From Eledone cirrhosa (Eukaryota), in NCBI GenBank assembly GCA_964016885.1, contig OZ024742.1, positions 311,240,001 to 311,304,000 on the forward strand: a stretch of 64,000 nucleotides of DNA. The letters are read 5' to 3'. Positions within the stretch are counted from its first letter, which is position 1, and each line of letters begins with the position of its first letter. Below the pieces are notes generated by a model that searched no databases, was not told the origin of the DNA, and saw nothing but the letters and a program-made list of their open reading frames with translations. The position numbers were made by a program, and so were the translations under genes. Of this stretch, positions 1 through 13,090 are shown in pieces.

Positions 1-3000
1 CATGGAAGAACGGACGTAAAACGGTGATGATGATATATAATAAATATGTGTGTGTTAAGAAATCACTGTACATTAGCTGACAAAATAAAATCTTGTAGAA
101 ATACACATACATGCCTTTCACACATGAACGACTACATACATATCCAAAAATCAGATAAACAAAACAGATTGTCTCAAGTGGACTCAGTTTACCTGGATGA
201 CTACTGATCTAATTCATACTTTATGTTTATGTTGGAACACCTAAGTAGGATATCAAGCTAATGTTTGATCTTCTCTTCTAGAAATATTTGACACATACCA
301 TTATCCAGCATTTAAAGATTGGAAGAATTGGTAAAGCATTGGACAAAATGCTTGACAGCATTTGTTCTGGCGGCCCATTGTGTTCTGAGTTCAAATTCCA
401 CTGACGTCAACTTTGCTTTTCATCCTTTCAGGGGTCAATATAATAAAGTACCAGCCAAGTACTAGGATCGGTATAATTGAAACAACTTAAAGAAATGTTA
501 TTTCACTACAGGACATAGTGTTATCTAATGTTGCTTTGAAAACAGTGAAGGAATTTGAAGAAACCTACAGGCAAAAACCAGCCGGCTAGAGACCCAGAAC
601 AAGATGGTCGGATAACATCCACGAGTCTCGCTTGGGAATCCAACCGGATCAGTTGGAGATGGTTGCTTATGACAGGACCCACTGGAAGGAGTGTTTGAGG
701 ACTCTGTCCCCATGACACTCTCAGGAATAAGTGGGCGAAGAAGTTGTAGCATTATCCAGGATTTAAAGACATTACCACTTTTCTCTTCTCTTCCCTCTCT
801 CTCTCTCTATACCCTTCTCATTTCTATTCTCTTCCCCCTCTCTCTCTATACCCTTCTCATTCCTATTCTCATGCTTTAGAATCCCTTTCTTCCATTCTCT
901 CCCTCTATCCATTAGACTCTCTTTCTTCCATTTTCTTCCTCTATCCATTCTTCTGCTTAATATGTGATTATATTTTAACCCAACTTTTAGCTAAGCACAT
1001 AGCGATCAGCTGTATTCAGCTAACTCCATGCTGAGATTCCTACAATTTTATGAAAAATCAGAAACACTCATTGCTTCAATCCTTTTCAATTAATGTTTAC
1101 GGGGGTCGATAAAATAAAGCACCAGTAATGCACTGGGGTAATTGCTGGCCTTGTGCCAAAAGAAGAAAAAATTATTTCTAAGAGATGGAAATGATTTAAA
1201 GAAACCTTATTTCAATTCTGATTCTGTGCATGATGTTATCTAATGTTACTTTGGAAATAGATTGAAATGATTTAAGTCCCAGGCTAAGCTGGCTCCAGAT
1301 GGCAGAGGCTATCTAGGGTTGTGAACCCTTCCTTGCAACTGTGGGGAATGGAGATTTCTTCATGCCTAATGATTCATAGAGAGCAAAAAGATCTGAAGAA
1401 GAAGAAGACAGCTGACATATCTATTTGTGCTATTTTTTTAAAGAAACCCCTTTATTTAAATGAATTTTCCCAAGGACCCCTGCAGAAAGATCTATCAACT
1501 CATCAAACACAGAGACCCCCAGTACTACTTCTGCAGAGCCCTAGGGGTCAGTACACCACAGGCCTGTGTTATGATTGAAAATATTTCAACTGCAACTATT
1601 GTCTTTTTAGGGCTATCTAGGACTAAATCATGTAATATGTTCTTCCTCTTTTTTCTAAGATAGTAGGGTGTGATTTGAGGGATGTTTAGTGCTATTTCTA
1701 TCAGGTTATTTAACCCTTTAGCATTTAAACCAGCCATATCCAACCAGAATTCTCTCACCTCTTTCTCTTCAAACCAGCTGTAACTGGCCCCTCATACTAA
1801 CATTAAGATATTTATGGTAGATAAAGTGTTTACCACAAAAATATAATAATATATAGAAAGCAATGTAAATACTAAAGAGTTAAACACAAAGAGGCTCTAT
1901 TATTGACTTGTGCCTCTTCATATATTTATTTTTATGGACAGCTTCCTTTCTCAAGTATCAGAGCAGAAAATTGGATAGAATGCTTTGCAGTATTCATGCC
2001 TGTTCTCTGCACCCTGAGTTCAAATCCTGCTGAGGTCAACTTTACCTTTCATCCTTACAAGGTCGATAAATAATGTGCCTGTCCAATACTGGAGTTGATT
2101 CTTCCTCTATGTCACTTTCTCACTCCCCCTCTCTCTTTCTCTGGAAGAAATCAACTGTGTTCAGACATAGAGAAGTATGGGCTCTGACAGGTTTAAAATG
2201 CCCAAGAAACGCTGTATGTTATGACAACGCTCTTACAACTCCACCAGACACCACCACCACCATCATCGTTTAACATCTATTTTCCATGCTCTTATGGGTT
2301 AGAGGAGTTGTCTTCGTTGTGAGACAAGTCAGATCAGGTAACCATGTATGGCTCATACAAAACTGCTTCTAGCGTGGTTTCTATGACCAGATACCCTTCC
2401 TAATGCCAACTACATTTACAGCGTGGATATACATTAAATTAAAATACCCTTATTTTAAACTGTGCATGGTTTGGACTTTGAAGGAATGTAACTCTTATAT
2501 ATTCATATACTGGAGTTATATCCCTTGTGACGTCATCAACTTCTGAAACATTCTTTTTGTATAGTTTCATATCTCTATGACTGGCAGAATCGGTAGAACA
2601 TCGGACAAAATGTTTTGCAGCATTTAGTTACGGCCCTTTATGCTCTGGGTTCAAATCCCACCAAGGTCAACTTTGCCTTTCATTCTTCTGGGGTTGATAA
2701 AATAAAGTGCCAGTAAATCATTGGGGTCAATATAATCGATGTTCCCCTCCCCACAAATAGTTAGCTTTATGCTTGATTGGCAATATCAATAGAGCATCAG
2801 ACACCATGCTTTGCAGTATATAGTTACATCCCTTTACATTCTGATTTCAAATCCTGCCGAGGTTAGCTTTGCCTTTCATCCTTACGGGAGTCAATAAAAT
2901 AAAGCACCAGTTATGCACTGCGGTTGATTTAATCGACTTCCCCTCTCCCAAATTACTGGCCTTGTGCCTATAGTAAAGATCATTATTATTGGTGGATTAG

Positions 3001-3243
3001 CAGAATCATTAGAGCATTGGACAAATACTTAGCAGTATTTGTTCTGGCTCTTAAAGTTACAATCTTGCTAAGGTCAGTTATACCTTTCATCCTTCTGGGC
3101 TTGACAAAATAAAGTTCCAGTAAAGAACTGTGGTTGATATGGTCGCCTCCCACCCCCTAATTATTGGCCTTACACCTGAAGTAGAATCATTATTTTTTTT
3201 TTTTTAAATTTACCAGTGAAATAATATTTAGTTATTTAGATAA

Positions 3244-3349
3244 TTAATCTTCAGCACACTGTCAGAGACAATAGAGTCATCTCCCTTTAATACATAATGC
3301 AATGTCATGGGGAGCAATTCATAAAAGAATTCAGTGTGCTGAAGGTTAA
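3244..3349. mobile_element. Small piggyBac-type MITE
   Basis: ttaa-tcttcagcacactg...cagtgtgctgaagg-ttaa, inverted termini matching at 13 of 14 bases. Confidence 0.7.
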
Positions 3350-3579
3350 CAAGAAGAGACGAAAAGAAAAAGGGAGGAAATAGGGAATGACGCAAACTCC
3401 ACACCCTTGACAGGGTGGTACATTTCAGCTGTGCCATGCAAATAAGATGGCAAAAGCATTGCCATTGAGAAGAGCTAGTGACACCATATTGTAATCCATA
3501 AAGGTGGTCATGTTGGTGACATGACAAAAAGCACCATGTCCACCATGTAAGGTGGTTGTGCTGGTAACACAATGAAAAA

Positions 3580-3798
3580 GTACCCCGTCCATCTTGTTTT
3601 AGTGCCATGATAAAAAACACCCAGTCTGTGCTGCAAATGTGGTTGGCATTAGGAAGGGCATCCAATCGTAGAAACCAAGCCAGAAACAGTTCTCTATGAA
3701 CAAGACATGGGCACCTAATCTGACCTGTCTCACAACAAGATAACTCATCTAACCCATGCTAGCATGGAAAATGAAGAGTAAATGGTGATGATGATGAT
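3580..3798 (+). mobile_element. SINE sharing the RTE 3' tail (ccatgctagcatggaaaa..(gat)n)
   Basis: The tail matches the 3' end of the RTE LINE at 54765-54824. Other tails lie near 1-33, 2270(-), 26270, 35800, 40140, 45815, 49850(-) and 51415. Confidence 0.75.
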
Positions 3799-4204
3799 AT
3801 GTTTGTATTAGATGAGATCACACTCCAACCATTATCATTACTTAGTGATTAGATTGGCCGAATCATTAAAATGTGTTTTTATCCTCCTAGGGTTGATAAA
3901 ATAAAGTATCACTCAAGTACTGGAGTTGATTTAAATTTACTTTCCCCTTCCACTCTATTGCTGGCCTTCAGTTTAAATAGTAAGATGAAAGATATACTAA
4001 GAGTGAAATGTAACTTTTCTTTCACCATATAATGTGGGTTTACTGTACAAGAAACAGCTTTTAGACTCGTTATCTCTTATATACACATATACACCTTGTC
4101 CAAACACAAAAGAACCAAACTCCCACTGTCACTGCCTCTATCTCTCCCCATCTCTCACTATTGTGAGCAAATGGGGGCTCACACGCTGACCACCTCACAG
4201 CCCC

Positions 4205-4372
4205 AGTGGACAGAATAGAGGTGTTTCCCCACAGGATGATGAGGGAGATGCACTGGAAAAGCCATTCCAACTCGTGAGGCTCACACATGTGGGTAGAGCC
4301 AACTCTGTGTCAATGAGGAGTGAGCAGGGAGGTGGCCCGAGGGCCAAGTACACCAGAAGTCTCCACTGCCAT
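4205..4372 (-). mobile_element. Relic of the restriction-like endonuclease C-terminus of a CRE-like non-LTR retrotransposon
   Basis: AVETSGVLGPRATSLL...CEPHELEWLFQCISLIILWGNTSIL resembles the AVET.G..G....E..WL.QR.S....RGNA..I ending of CRE-clade ORFs. One internal stop. Confidence 0.65.
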
Positions 4373-5009
4373 ATTTTCTTCAAGTTTATCTTTACTTGTT
4401 TTTTATGATTCCCATGTAACACATTGGTTCTATGATATGAAACTTTCTTTTATTGTTTTTATATTTATCTAAAAATCTATCATAACTTTATATAAGAAAT
4501 TTTGTTAAGTTCCAAATGCGAACTTAATTATGAGAAAGTTAGCAACGTTACTACATCTCTAGAATGTCTCAGGAAATAATCGCTGGACAGATTTTACAGG
4601 CAAAGCCAGAGAGGAAACCCAGACAGACTATGAGCAAACATAGCTGGATAACATCTATCAATTCAGTTGATTTCACTTGCAGATCCAGCTGAAACATTTG
4701 GAGATTGTTGCTTCTGAAAGGCATGTCAAAACTCTCAGGAATAAGTGAGTGAAGAAGAAGTGAAGAAGATAGGCAATGTCTTTTATTAGAAATATAATGA
4801 AAGGGTTAATAATCGGTGGAGCAATGGTCAAAATGCCCTATTTTTAATATACTCTTTTACATTCAGAGTTCAAATTATGACATTGCTTTCCAGCTTTTTT
4901 GCGTCAATAAAATAAAGGGTATGATTTGAAGGAGATTTTGCTGCAATTTCTAGCAGGTCGTATGACTATATAATGATCTCTCATTGCGTTGTAAGTAATT
5001 GTTGAAATA

Positions 5010-5180
5010 CGAGGGTTGGCTGAAAGGTTCATAGGCTGACGAAAATACTCTCATGGAATGACCAAATGAGGTTTATTTTTCAACATAGTCCCTGGAAAGA
5101 AACAATAGTTATTAATAAGATTTCACAGTTCTAGTATCAATCCTTCATAGTGAGCCAAAGAACTTTTCAGCCAACCCTCT
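5010..5180. mobile_element. Mariner-type MITE
   Basis: TA-cgagggttggctgaaaggttc ... gaacttttcagccaaccctc inverted termini. Confidence 0.75.
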
Positions 5181-5277
5181 AATTTGGTCTGACCTACAAA
5201 TTCTGTTCCAAATATACTTACAAAGTAATAAGATAGTAAAGATTATATGATAAATATTGAAGACGTAAAAAGTAAGA

Positions 5278-5800
5278 CATGATAGTTACACCATGTAGAC
5301 AAAACAGTTATACCATGTAGACAAAAATGTTACACCATATAGACACAACAGTTACACTATGTTGACATAGAACAGTTACACTATGTAGACAAAAAAGTTA
5401 CACCATGTAGACACAACAGTTACACCTGTAGACAATAGTTACATCATGTAGATACAACGGTTATATCATGTAGACAATAGTTACACCATGTTGACATGAT
5501 AGCTACGCCATGTAGACAACAGTTACACCATGTAGAGACAACAGTTACACCATGTTGACATGATAGTTTCACCATGTTGACATACAACAGTTACACCATG
5601 TAGAGACACAACACTTACATCATGTAGACAAAAAAGTTACACCATGTGACACAGCAGTTACACCATGTAGACAATAATTACATCATGTAGACACAACAGT
5701 TACACCATGTAGACAATAGTTAAACCATGTAGATACAACAGTTACACCATATAGACAATAGTTACACCATGTAGACAATAGTTACACCATGTTGATAAGT
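5278..5800. repeat. Minisatellite, about 19-22 bp unit acaacagttacaccatgtag
   Basis: About 25 imperfect tandem copies. The array resumes at about 6008-6045. Confidence 0.95.
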
Positions 5801-5821
5801 TACACAATGACATGGTGTAAC

Positions 5822-6006
5822 CAGACCTGCCAACTTCTAAAAACCCAAACAGGGAGTACCATGAAAAAAAGTATCCCGAAATGGGGCAAAATGGGGAGAT
5901 TTTACATAATGAAAGCTACACCCATTTTCACAAGAGAAGACATCTCTCACCCACCCCTAAATGGGTGGGAGATCTCCCCGTCGGACAAGTAGAGCTGACA
6001 GGTCTG
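5822..6006. mobile_element. hAT-like MITE inserted in a minisatellite (second copy at 63799-63972)
   Basis: Termini cagacctgccaact / agctgacaggtctg. The internal sequence is repeated at 63799-63972. No target duplication is recognisable. Confidence 0.65.
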
Positions 6007-9000
6007 ACATGTAGACAATAATTACACCATGTAGACACAACAGTAATATATAATCTGTTCAAGACGGCATCATCCAATGTGTCTGTGTGTGTACTTCTTA
6101 AACCGAACAGTTTATATATGTTCTGGCTATGGATTTGGAAGAGTCGTTGGAGCATTGTATATTTATACCGGATCTCTGCGTTCTGTGCTCAAATCCCACC
6201 ACGATCCACTTTGCCTTTCATTTTTTCGGGGTCGATAAAGAAAGTACGAGCTGTGTTGTTGGTGCTGCCCTTTCTCCATCCAGCTGTCACATCTTGGATA
6301 TTCTGGTGGATCAAGAGAGGGAGGGTCGAGAAGGTGCCTGTCTTTGCTCTCATCTGCATAGACAACCATTAGCGATTGCAAGTGACGGCTGTAATTTAGT
6401 AGTGATGTATATTTATTCATCAATGAGTTGCCGGCAAAATTGTCACAAGTCATACAACTGTCTTGTTATTGTTTACCCTTATGTTAGTTAGTTCTGATTG
6501 AACAAACCTATGATCAAAGGTATTCCAGCTGTGATCACTCCATCTTTGTAGGGATATATCTAAGACTGTATCATCCAATGTGTACTTTCTTTGTTTAAGA
6601 AGTAAAGGACGTTTTCAGAAAGATTTGACTACTATTTTCAGCAGGTAAACTGATCATTGTTCTCATCAGAGTCAATATTTAAGAATTGAATGAAAGGTTG
6701 CGGGGGTGGGTGGGTTTAACACTAATAGACGAATTATACCTTACTTTAAAAAAAAGGTCTGTATGTAACAGCAGTGTGATGAAAGAGTCAGGATAGAAAA
6801 AGATCCACCACTAGCCCAGAAAGTAAGGATTTATATGCATGGTAAGTTGACAGAATTGTTTGTACGTTGGACAAAATGCTTTACGGTATTTAGTTATGGT
6901 TCCTTACATTCTGCATTCTGAGTTCAAATCCCACTGAGGTCAGTTTTGAATTTCATTGCTTCCGGGGACGATAAAATGAAGTACTATTCATGTGCAGGGG
7001 TAGATTTAATCGACTTTCCCCTCCTTCAAATTTGTTGGCCTTGCGCCAAAATTAGAACCCAAAACACATGACCATTCCTATCAACGCAGGATTTCGACTA
7101 GAGAACCCGCCATGTGGTCACTCGTTCTGCTAGAAATAGTAGTCACATTTTTCCTTTAAATCACGTCTTCTTGAAAAAGGAAGTAAACATTGGATATTAT
7201 AGAAACAGATACGCCATGCTTGATGATGAAAAAAAGGGATTGTCACGCTACTAGAAAATCTTTGATCATAGATCTGCTCAATCAGGGCTGACCTAGGGTT
7301 AAAAAGTAACAACAATACACGAATTTAGATTATATCACGTCAAGGAACGAAAAAGCGAAAGAATTACATAGTTAAAGGGAGGTAATGAATAACTAAGAAA
7401 CAGCACGCTGACCCAGCAGTTAGTGTTGACCCGCTGACATTTGACATTTGACCTGCGCATACTCAAAACAGTCCGCCAGTCGGCTTTCATTGTTAGTTTG
7501 TATTTGCTGTTCATCTTAGCAAGCCAGCTATGTTGAGAGCTGTTAAAAGTTTGATAGACAGGAGATAGCACCATGCTTGCGAGATATATATATCATATTC
7601 AAATGGGGCAGGACGAAAGAAAACTGACGATTGAAAAAGAAAAAAAAAGAGTTTAATATATTTATATACAACACAACAATATTTCGGATTAATCATTATT
7701 ATTTTGTTTATTTCTCAGTGAATATATGTGTGTGAGTGTGTGCATATATGCGAAAAGTATATATATTATGTATGTGAATGTATGTAATCCATAAGTTAAA
7801 TTCGAATATTGGAGGTTGCGATCTCAAAATTACATAGATTAAACCTAAATCCGATTTCAAATCAAGCACATTTCCTCAAAACGGCTAGAAAAAGCAAGAA
7901 AAGGAAGGAAAAATCAGAAAGAGAGAAAGACAAGCAAAAGAAGGTAATACACACCTTATGTTGTAATGTTGTTTGTCTTTACTTATAATCATCATCGTAA
8001 TTTTATTTTCTAGAAGTGAAATCATGCTTTGTCAACTAAACTGAAAATGTGTATATATGTATGTATATAAATATATATGTCTCTCTCTATATATATATAA
8101 TTTATATTCTCTGTATCTAGAAATGTAAATATATTTCGTAGTGTTGTGTATATGGTCTGGCCTAGGAAGATAATGTAGATTTAAAAGAAAAACATTTTTT
8201 TTTTTCATTATAATGTTAAAAATCGTTAGTAATACTTATTAATTATTACAGTCATCGTCATTTCGTGTTGTTTCACAATCTTATTTAGTATATTTCTGAA
8301 AAATACTTAAGAAGGTTTTTTTTTCTGGTAGTGTTTCGAAAATTATGTCAATCTATTTGTGTTGTGTATGTGTCACACACACACACATTATATATATATA
8401 TATATATATCATATGTATAATACATATATATATATCATATGTATAATACATATATATATATGTATGTGTGTTTTCTATATTATAAAAAAACAAACGAAGT
8501 AACCACATAGTTAAGATTCCCGGGCGAAGTAAAATTCAATTCACTTTACTTATGTTGCTGCTCATGTCCTTGTAAAAAGCATGAACATCACAACCATCCG
8601 TTTAAAATATCCTGTGTAAAATCTGTCCTTTCTTTATGCCAACATATATGAAACCAATATTATAATTACTTGTTCGGGAACTAACATGGGTTTGTTTTTA
8701 TATTCTTCGTGTTCGGCCCTTTCGCTTTCTCCTGTTGGAACAGTTTCACTCGACTTTCACCCGCTTCACCTTAAATAAATCTGCAATATCTCTAAAATCG
8801 AACAAACAAGAAAAATCTGCCATGCTTTTCTATATATTGTCATTGTGAGAAATCCTATATTTATAAATCGTCTTCGAAGGGTTGACCAGAAATAAAATGA
8901 AATAGGGGAAAAATGCAAACACATTCTATGATTGATTTGATTTATTTAATACAAAAAATAATGAACTATTAAAAAGGAAATAATAAAAATTATGGAAGAA

Positions 9001-9989
9001 GAATAAAACGAAATATACTTACACGAAATACACACACAATATGTATATATATATAATCGGAAGAGTTGTATAAATAGATTCATGGAATATAAAGATTTGT
9101 TCGAAAAATATAAACAAAATGTTAACAGAACGAAAACAAATATCTGAATGTAAAAGCTAACATAACTAGAGGTTGCTATTTATCTCCGAAGTTTCCTTCT
9201 GCTCCGCTGTTATCTTTTTTTTCTCAAGAAATATTTTGTTTCGTTATTCAAACCTGCCTTGATATTTGTTCTGTCTAGAATATTTGATCACACAAAAATT
9301 TAACCTAATATTTATTATTTTAAATTCTATAGTTGGATGTTTCACTATGTTTTGAATTAAAAAAAAATCTTGTCCGTCTCGACTTAGTTTTTCTATTATC
9401 AAACCTCATGTTTTGTGGTCGATAAAATAAGTACCAGTAATATTATAGGACCTATTAAGTATCGCATATGAAAATAGGGAAACGAAAACTAAATAGCATA
9501 TGAACAACTATTGGCTTTTTGCCGTTATCAAAAGATTATGAGGTTGTAAAAATAATATTACTGAGAGATATGAACGAATGTCACAACATCCCAATCCCTC
9601 CTCCACAACTCTCAGACGAAATCCTATGTCTATATAAGAAAGTGTTGTGTAAATATGGTAAAAGAAGTATTAGAAACCGAGCTGAGAGAAATAAGTGTCT
9701 CCCACTTCCAGTCATAAAATACACATCTCTTTCTATGTATTTGCTTTTTTGGTCCACAAGTGTTTGTTAAAGAGAATAGGGTTATTTTTCATATTTTCCA
9801 CATATTAATCATGTACCTATGTAAATCTGTCGTTCTGATTATATATATGTGTATGTGTGTGTGAATGATTTAATATAGAAACAGTTCTAGTCCTGTAGAA
9901 GCCATTTGTATATTAAATTTTCTATTATACCCTATTAATGTATTGAGTACTTCATTTACTGTTGTTACCCCCCGATCGAACCCGGGACT

Positions 9990-10033
<44 letters not shown>

Positions 10034-11053
10034 ACATCAACGGTACATGTATTCCTTTATTTCTGTTTATCTAAAATGTTTCCTCTTTCTAAATAGCAAC
10101 ATCAAGTATAACGTAAATAGTTTTCGAATGAAAGAAAAGAACACAAGAAAAGAATCTATTCTTTCCCAGTCTTTTACTCTTCTGTTACTAACTGTTTTTA
10201 TCTTTCTCTCATTTTTATCTATCTAAATTCTCTGCCTCACGTCCTTCTTTCTCTCGTTTCGTGATGTCTTTCATGTTAGCTCTCTCTTTTCCAGTTTTTC
10301 TTTTACTTTCTTTTCTCTATATTACACATGAGACGAGAGGCGGGTATTCGTTTTACTACACCTGGAAGCTTCTACGCTTGTCGTTCGACTTGTTAGAAAC
10401 AGCAGCCAAATTTCTCTCGAATCATATCCCACTGTCATAAAAATAAGGAGCGACACATTCTGAAATGTAATCTATTTATTAAAGGGAGTTTGGTAGTTTA
10501 TGGTTGGAATATTTGTGATAACAGATTTGCTCGATCTGGACTGACCTAGGGGCCAAACAACAATATACATCGTGTCTATGTTGAAAGATGAATAGCTAGA
10601 TCGCTCGTTCCCCCATATCACTGATGTCCAGCAAGAGGTTAGTATTAAACATTAATGGTGCCACCGATATATACATATGTCGAAACCTCCACCAAGCGTG
10701 AACCTAATATAACTGTGTACAATTGCCTCCTGTGTTTTGTTCGTTTATTTTCAACTATATATATATATATATTCTGCTTTAGGTTCCACACCGATTTATC
10801 AGACCTATGATCAAAGGTGATTTGAGAGGAATTTAGCTGCTATTTCTAGCTGGTCGGCTGACCGCGTAGAGATTTCCCAACATATATATTAAACATGTAA
10901 TTTAGTTTTTGTAGATATAACGATGAATGTTGATAGACATGTGGGTTAATGTTGTTACCTTAGTGTACAAATATGAATTTATAACACATATATACATATA
11001 CACTCAAAAATATATGTATATATGCTATCTGTATGTATGTATGTGTGTGATTG

Positions 11054-11091
<38 letters not shown>

Positions 11092-11129
11092 TTTTACATC
11101 TGCTTTTCCATGTATATTGCATTCTTTCC

Positions 11130-12270
11130 TCATCTCCTCCGTAAGGTTAAGCGTTTTGTAATCAGCTCTCGCTGTTCTATCGATGTTTTCCTTGGTCATC
11201 ATCTTAAGCAGCTTTTATTCTACTGGGATCTCTTGGCACTTCACCTAACGATCATTATCCATGCAAGGCAAGTGTCCATACTAGCACAATCTTCTCTCTT
11301 TCACACTACAGCTGATTCCTCTAATGCCCAGTGTTTCTTTCAGTTCATTCATGCACTGTAACATTACACATACAAATGAAACATGTTTGATACGTTTCTC
11401 TCCAGCTTTCGCATATCCTCTGCATTCACTATCCATATCTCACTTTCTTGCGGGACTTCATATCACCTAAATTTTGAGGGGAGAAAATCCCTTTGTTGTC
11501 TATAGCTGTAGTACATCCCTGAACTCATCTCAACCTGTTTATCTTCTAGCTTCTATGTTTCAGGGCATCCACCTCAACTGCTAATTTCGTTACCCAGATG
11601 AGAGAAACTATCAACTACTTCTCTGTAATCTTTGCAGGATTGGAAAAAAAAATATTTCACTGGTGATATATTGAGTACATTATATAGAATTCTTACCTTT
11701 TCTGCATATTGAGCAGTGCCATTTCCCAGATGTTGTCAGGATCATGTCTTCTTTCTTTTGGCATTTGCTAGGTTTTGTTTCCATAGATTCAGCTATAAAG
11801 ACCAGGTCATTAACATACAGAAGTTCCCATGGATATTCAGCCTTAAACTCCTCTATTATGTCTAGAACTATAATGAACATAAAAGTTCTGTGGGCAGAGT
11901 CTTCTTGAACATCCATCTGCTCATTGAATTCCTCACTAAACTCAATACCAACACTCACTTTGCAGGCATCGCTTCACAAAGCTTGCACTGCTCTCACAAG
12001 CCACTAATCTACATCCAGTTTTCTTAAGGACTAGAAAACAACAGATTCTGGTACTTTGTCAAAGGCCTTCTCCAGGTTAACAAAAAGCTAGCTTACACTT
12101 AACTATGAACTTCTCTTGAAGTTGTCTCTCCAAGGAAGCATCTGTGGTACTCCTTCCTGGCTCAAAACCAAACTGCAAATTTTGTGCCCAAACTCTTTTT
12201 TTCCATTTACATAACTTGAACCATAATTTAATGCCTTTGTAGTTGCTTCTTTTTAGAGCATCATCTTTTC
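11130..12270 (-). mobile_element. Degenerate RTE LINE fragment (same family as 53496)
   Basis: Relics of QFGF.PGRSTTDA, LEKAFDKVP, IEEFKAEYPWELLYVNDL and GKWHCSICRKG. Confidence 0.85.
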
Positions 12271-12299
12271 CCTATATATATGCATGTATCTCCTCGACT

Positions 12300-13090
12300 A
12301 GGTCTTCATGCACTGAGGTGCACAAGAAAGCAAGCTTCTGTCAGCAGTCAATCTGCCATGGTTCTCCCCGCACTTGTCTAATCAATTCCTGCGTGCCTGA
12401 GGTCCTCCTGGAATGTTCGATGTCAGGTCTCCTTGGGCCAGTCCCTCTTCTGCTTCCCCACCTCCGATGTCTATGATATTACTACCAATGTATGTTGAGT
12501 GGCTTGGAGGGGCAAAATGTGACTTGCCAAGCAAAACTGCCACAGTACCATGCAGTTTTGGAGTGCAAGAGTATTTGGGAGATTTTTCTGCAAGCAAAGT
12601 TGATGGAAAGTGTTCCGGTTCTTAGTCACCTTTGCTGTCATCTTCCATGTTTCCATGTCTCACTGCCATACAGAACTATTGGTAAAACTATTGCACTATA
12701 AAGTTGGATCTTTATTTTAGTGTTGACACTATCTAGATTTGACTCATGCTCTCATCACTACTGATCATGTTGCCTAGGTAGCAGATTTCACAGCCTGTTT
12801 TACTGTTTGTTCTTTTAGCTTGGTTGTTAGTTCTTGCAGCCCAATTCTTGTTTCTGCCAGTAGTGCAATATTCTTAGAAAAATCAAGATTTTCCTCTATG
12901 GCAATCTTACCATTTGTTACCGTCTTCATTACAAAGTCAACTGATAAGAGGAAGGGAAAGGGTGAGAGGATGCCAGTGTTAATGTTAAAGTCAGTATGGC
13001 CAGAATCTGTTCTGACACAGCAGTTGGAAATTTCATAAAGACTCTGGAAGCTGTTGAGGTACTATTGGGAGAAGGTTGGGCAAGCTTCCA
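12300..13090 (-). mobile_element. Degenerate LINE fragment, second RTE-like lineage
   Basis: Minus strand relics QLYSAIVLPIVLYGSETW..NTFHQLCL and YLG. Boundaries are approximate. Confidence 0.65.

Noticed and set aside
193-240. Minus-strand AG...GT bounded 48-nt segment
   Set aside because: Stops in all three frames and a weak pyrimidine tract.
5278-5800. Regular short repeats resembling a CRISPR array
   Set aside because: No unique spacers, no cas genes and a eukaryotic context. It is a minisatellite, as is 30580-31310.
6624-6676. Minus-strand CTGATGA...GAAA..GTA hammerhead-like match
   Set aside because: Stem II does not pair, the stem I register is off by one, and the GAAA half is part of a common dispersed repeat (gatttggctgctatttctagc). 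Probably chance.
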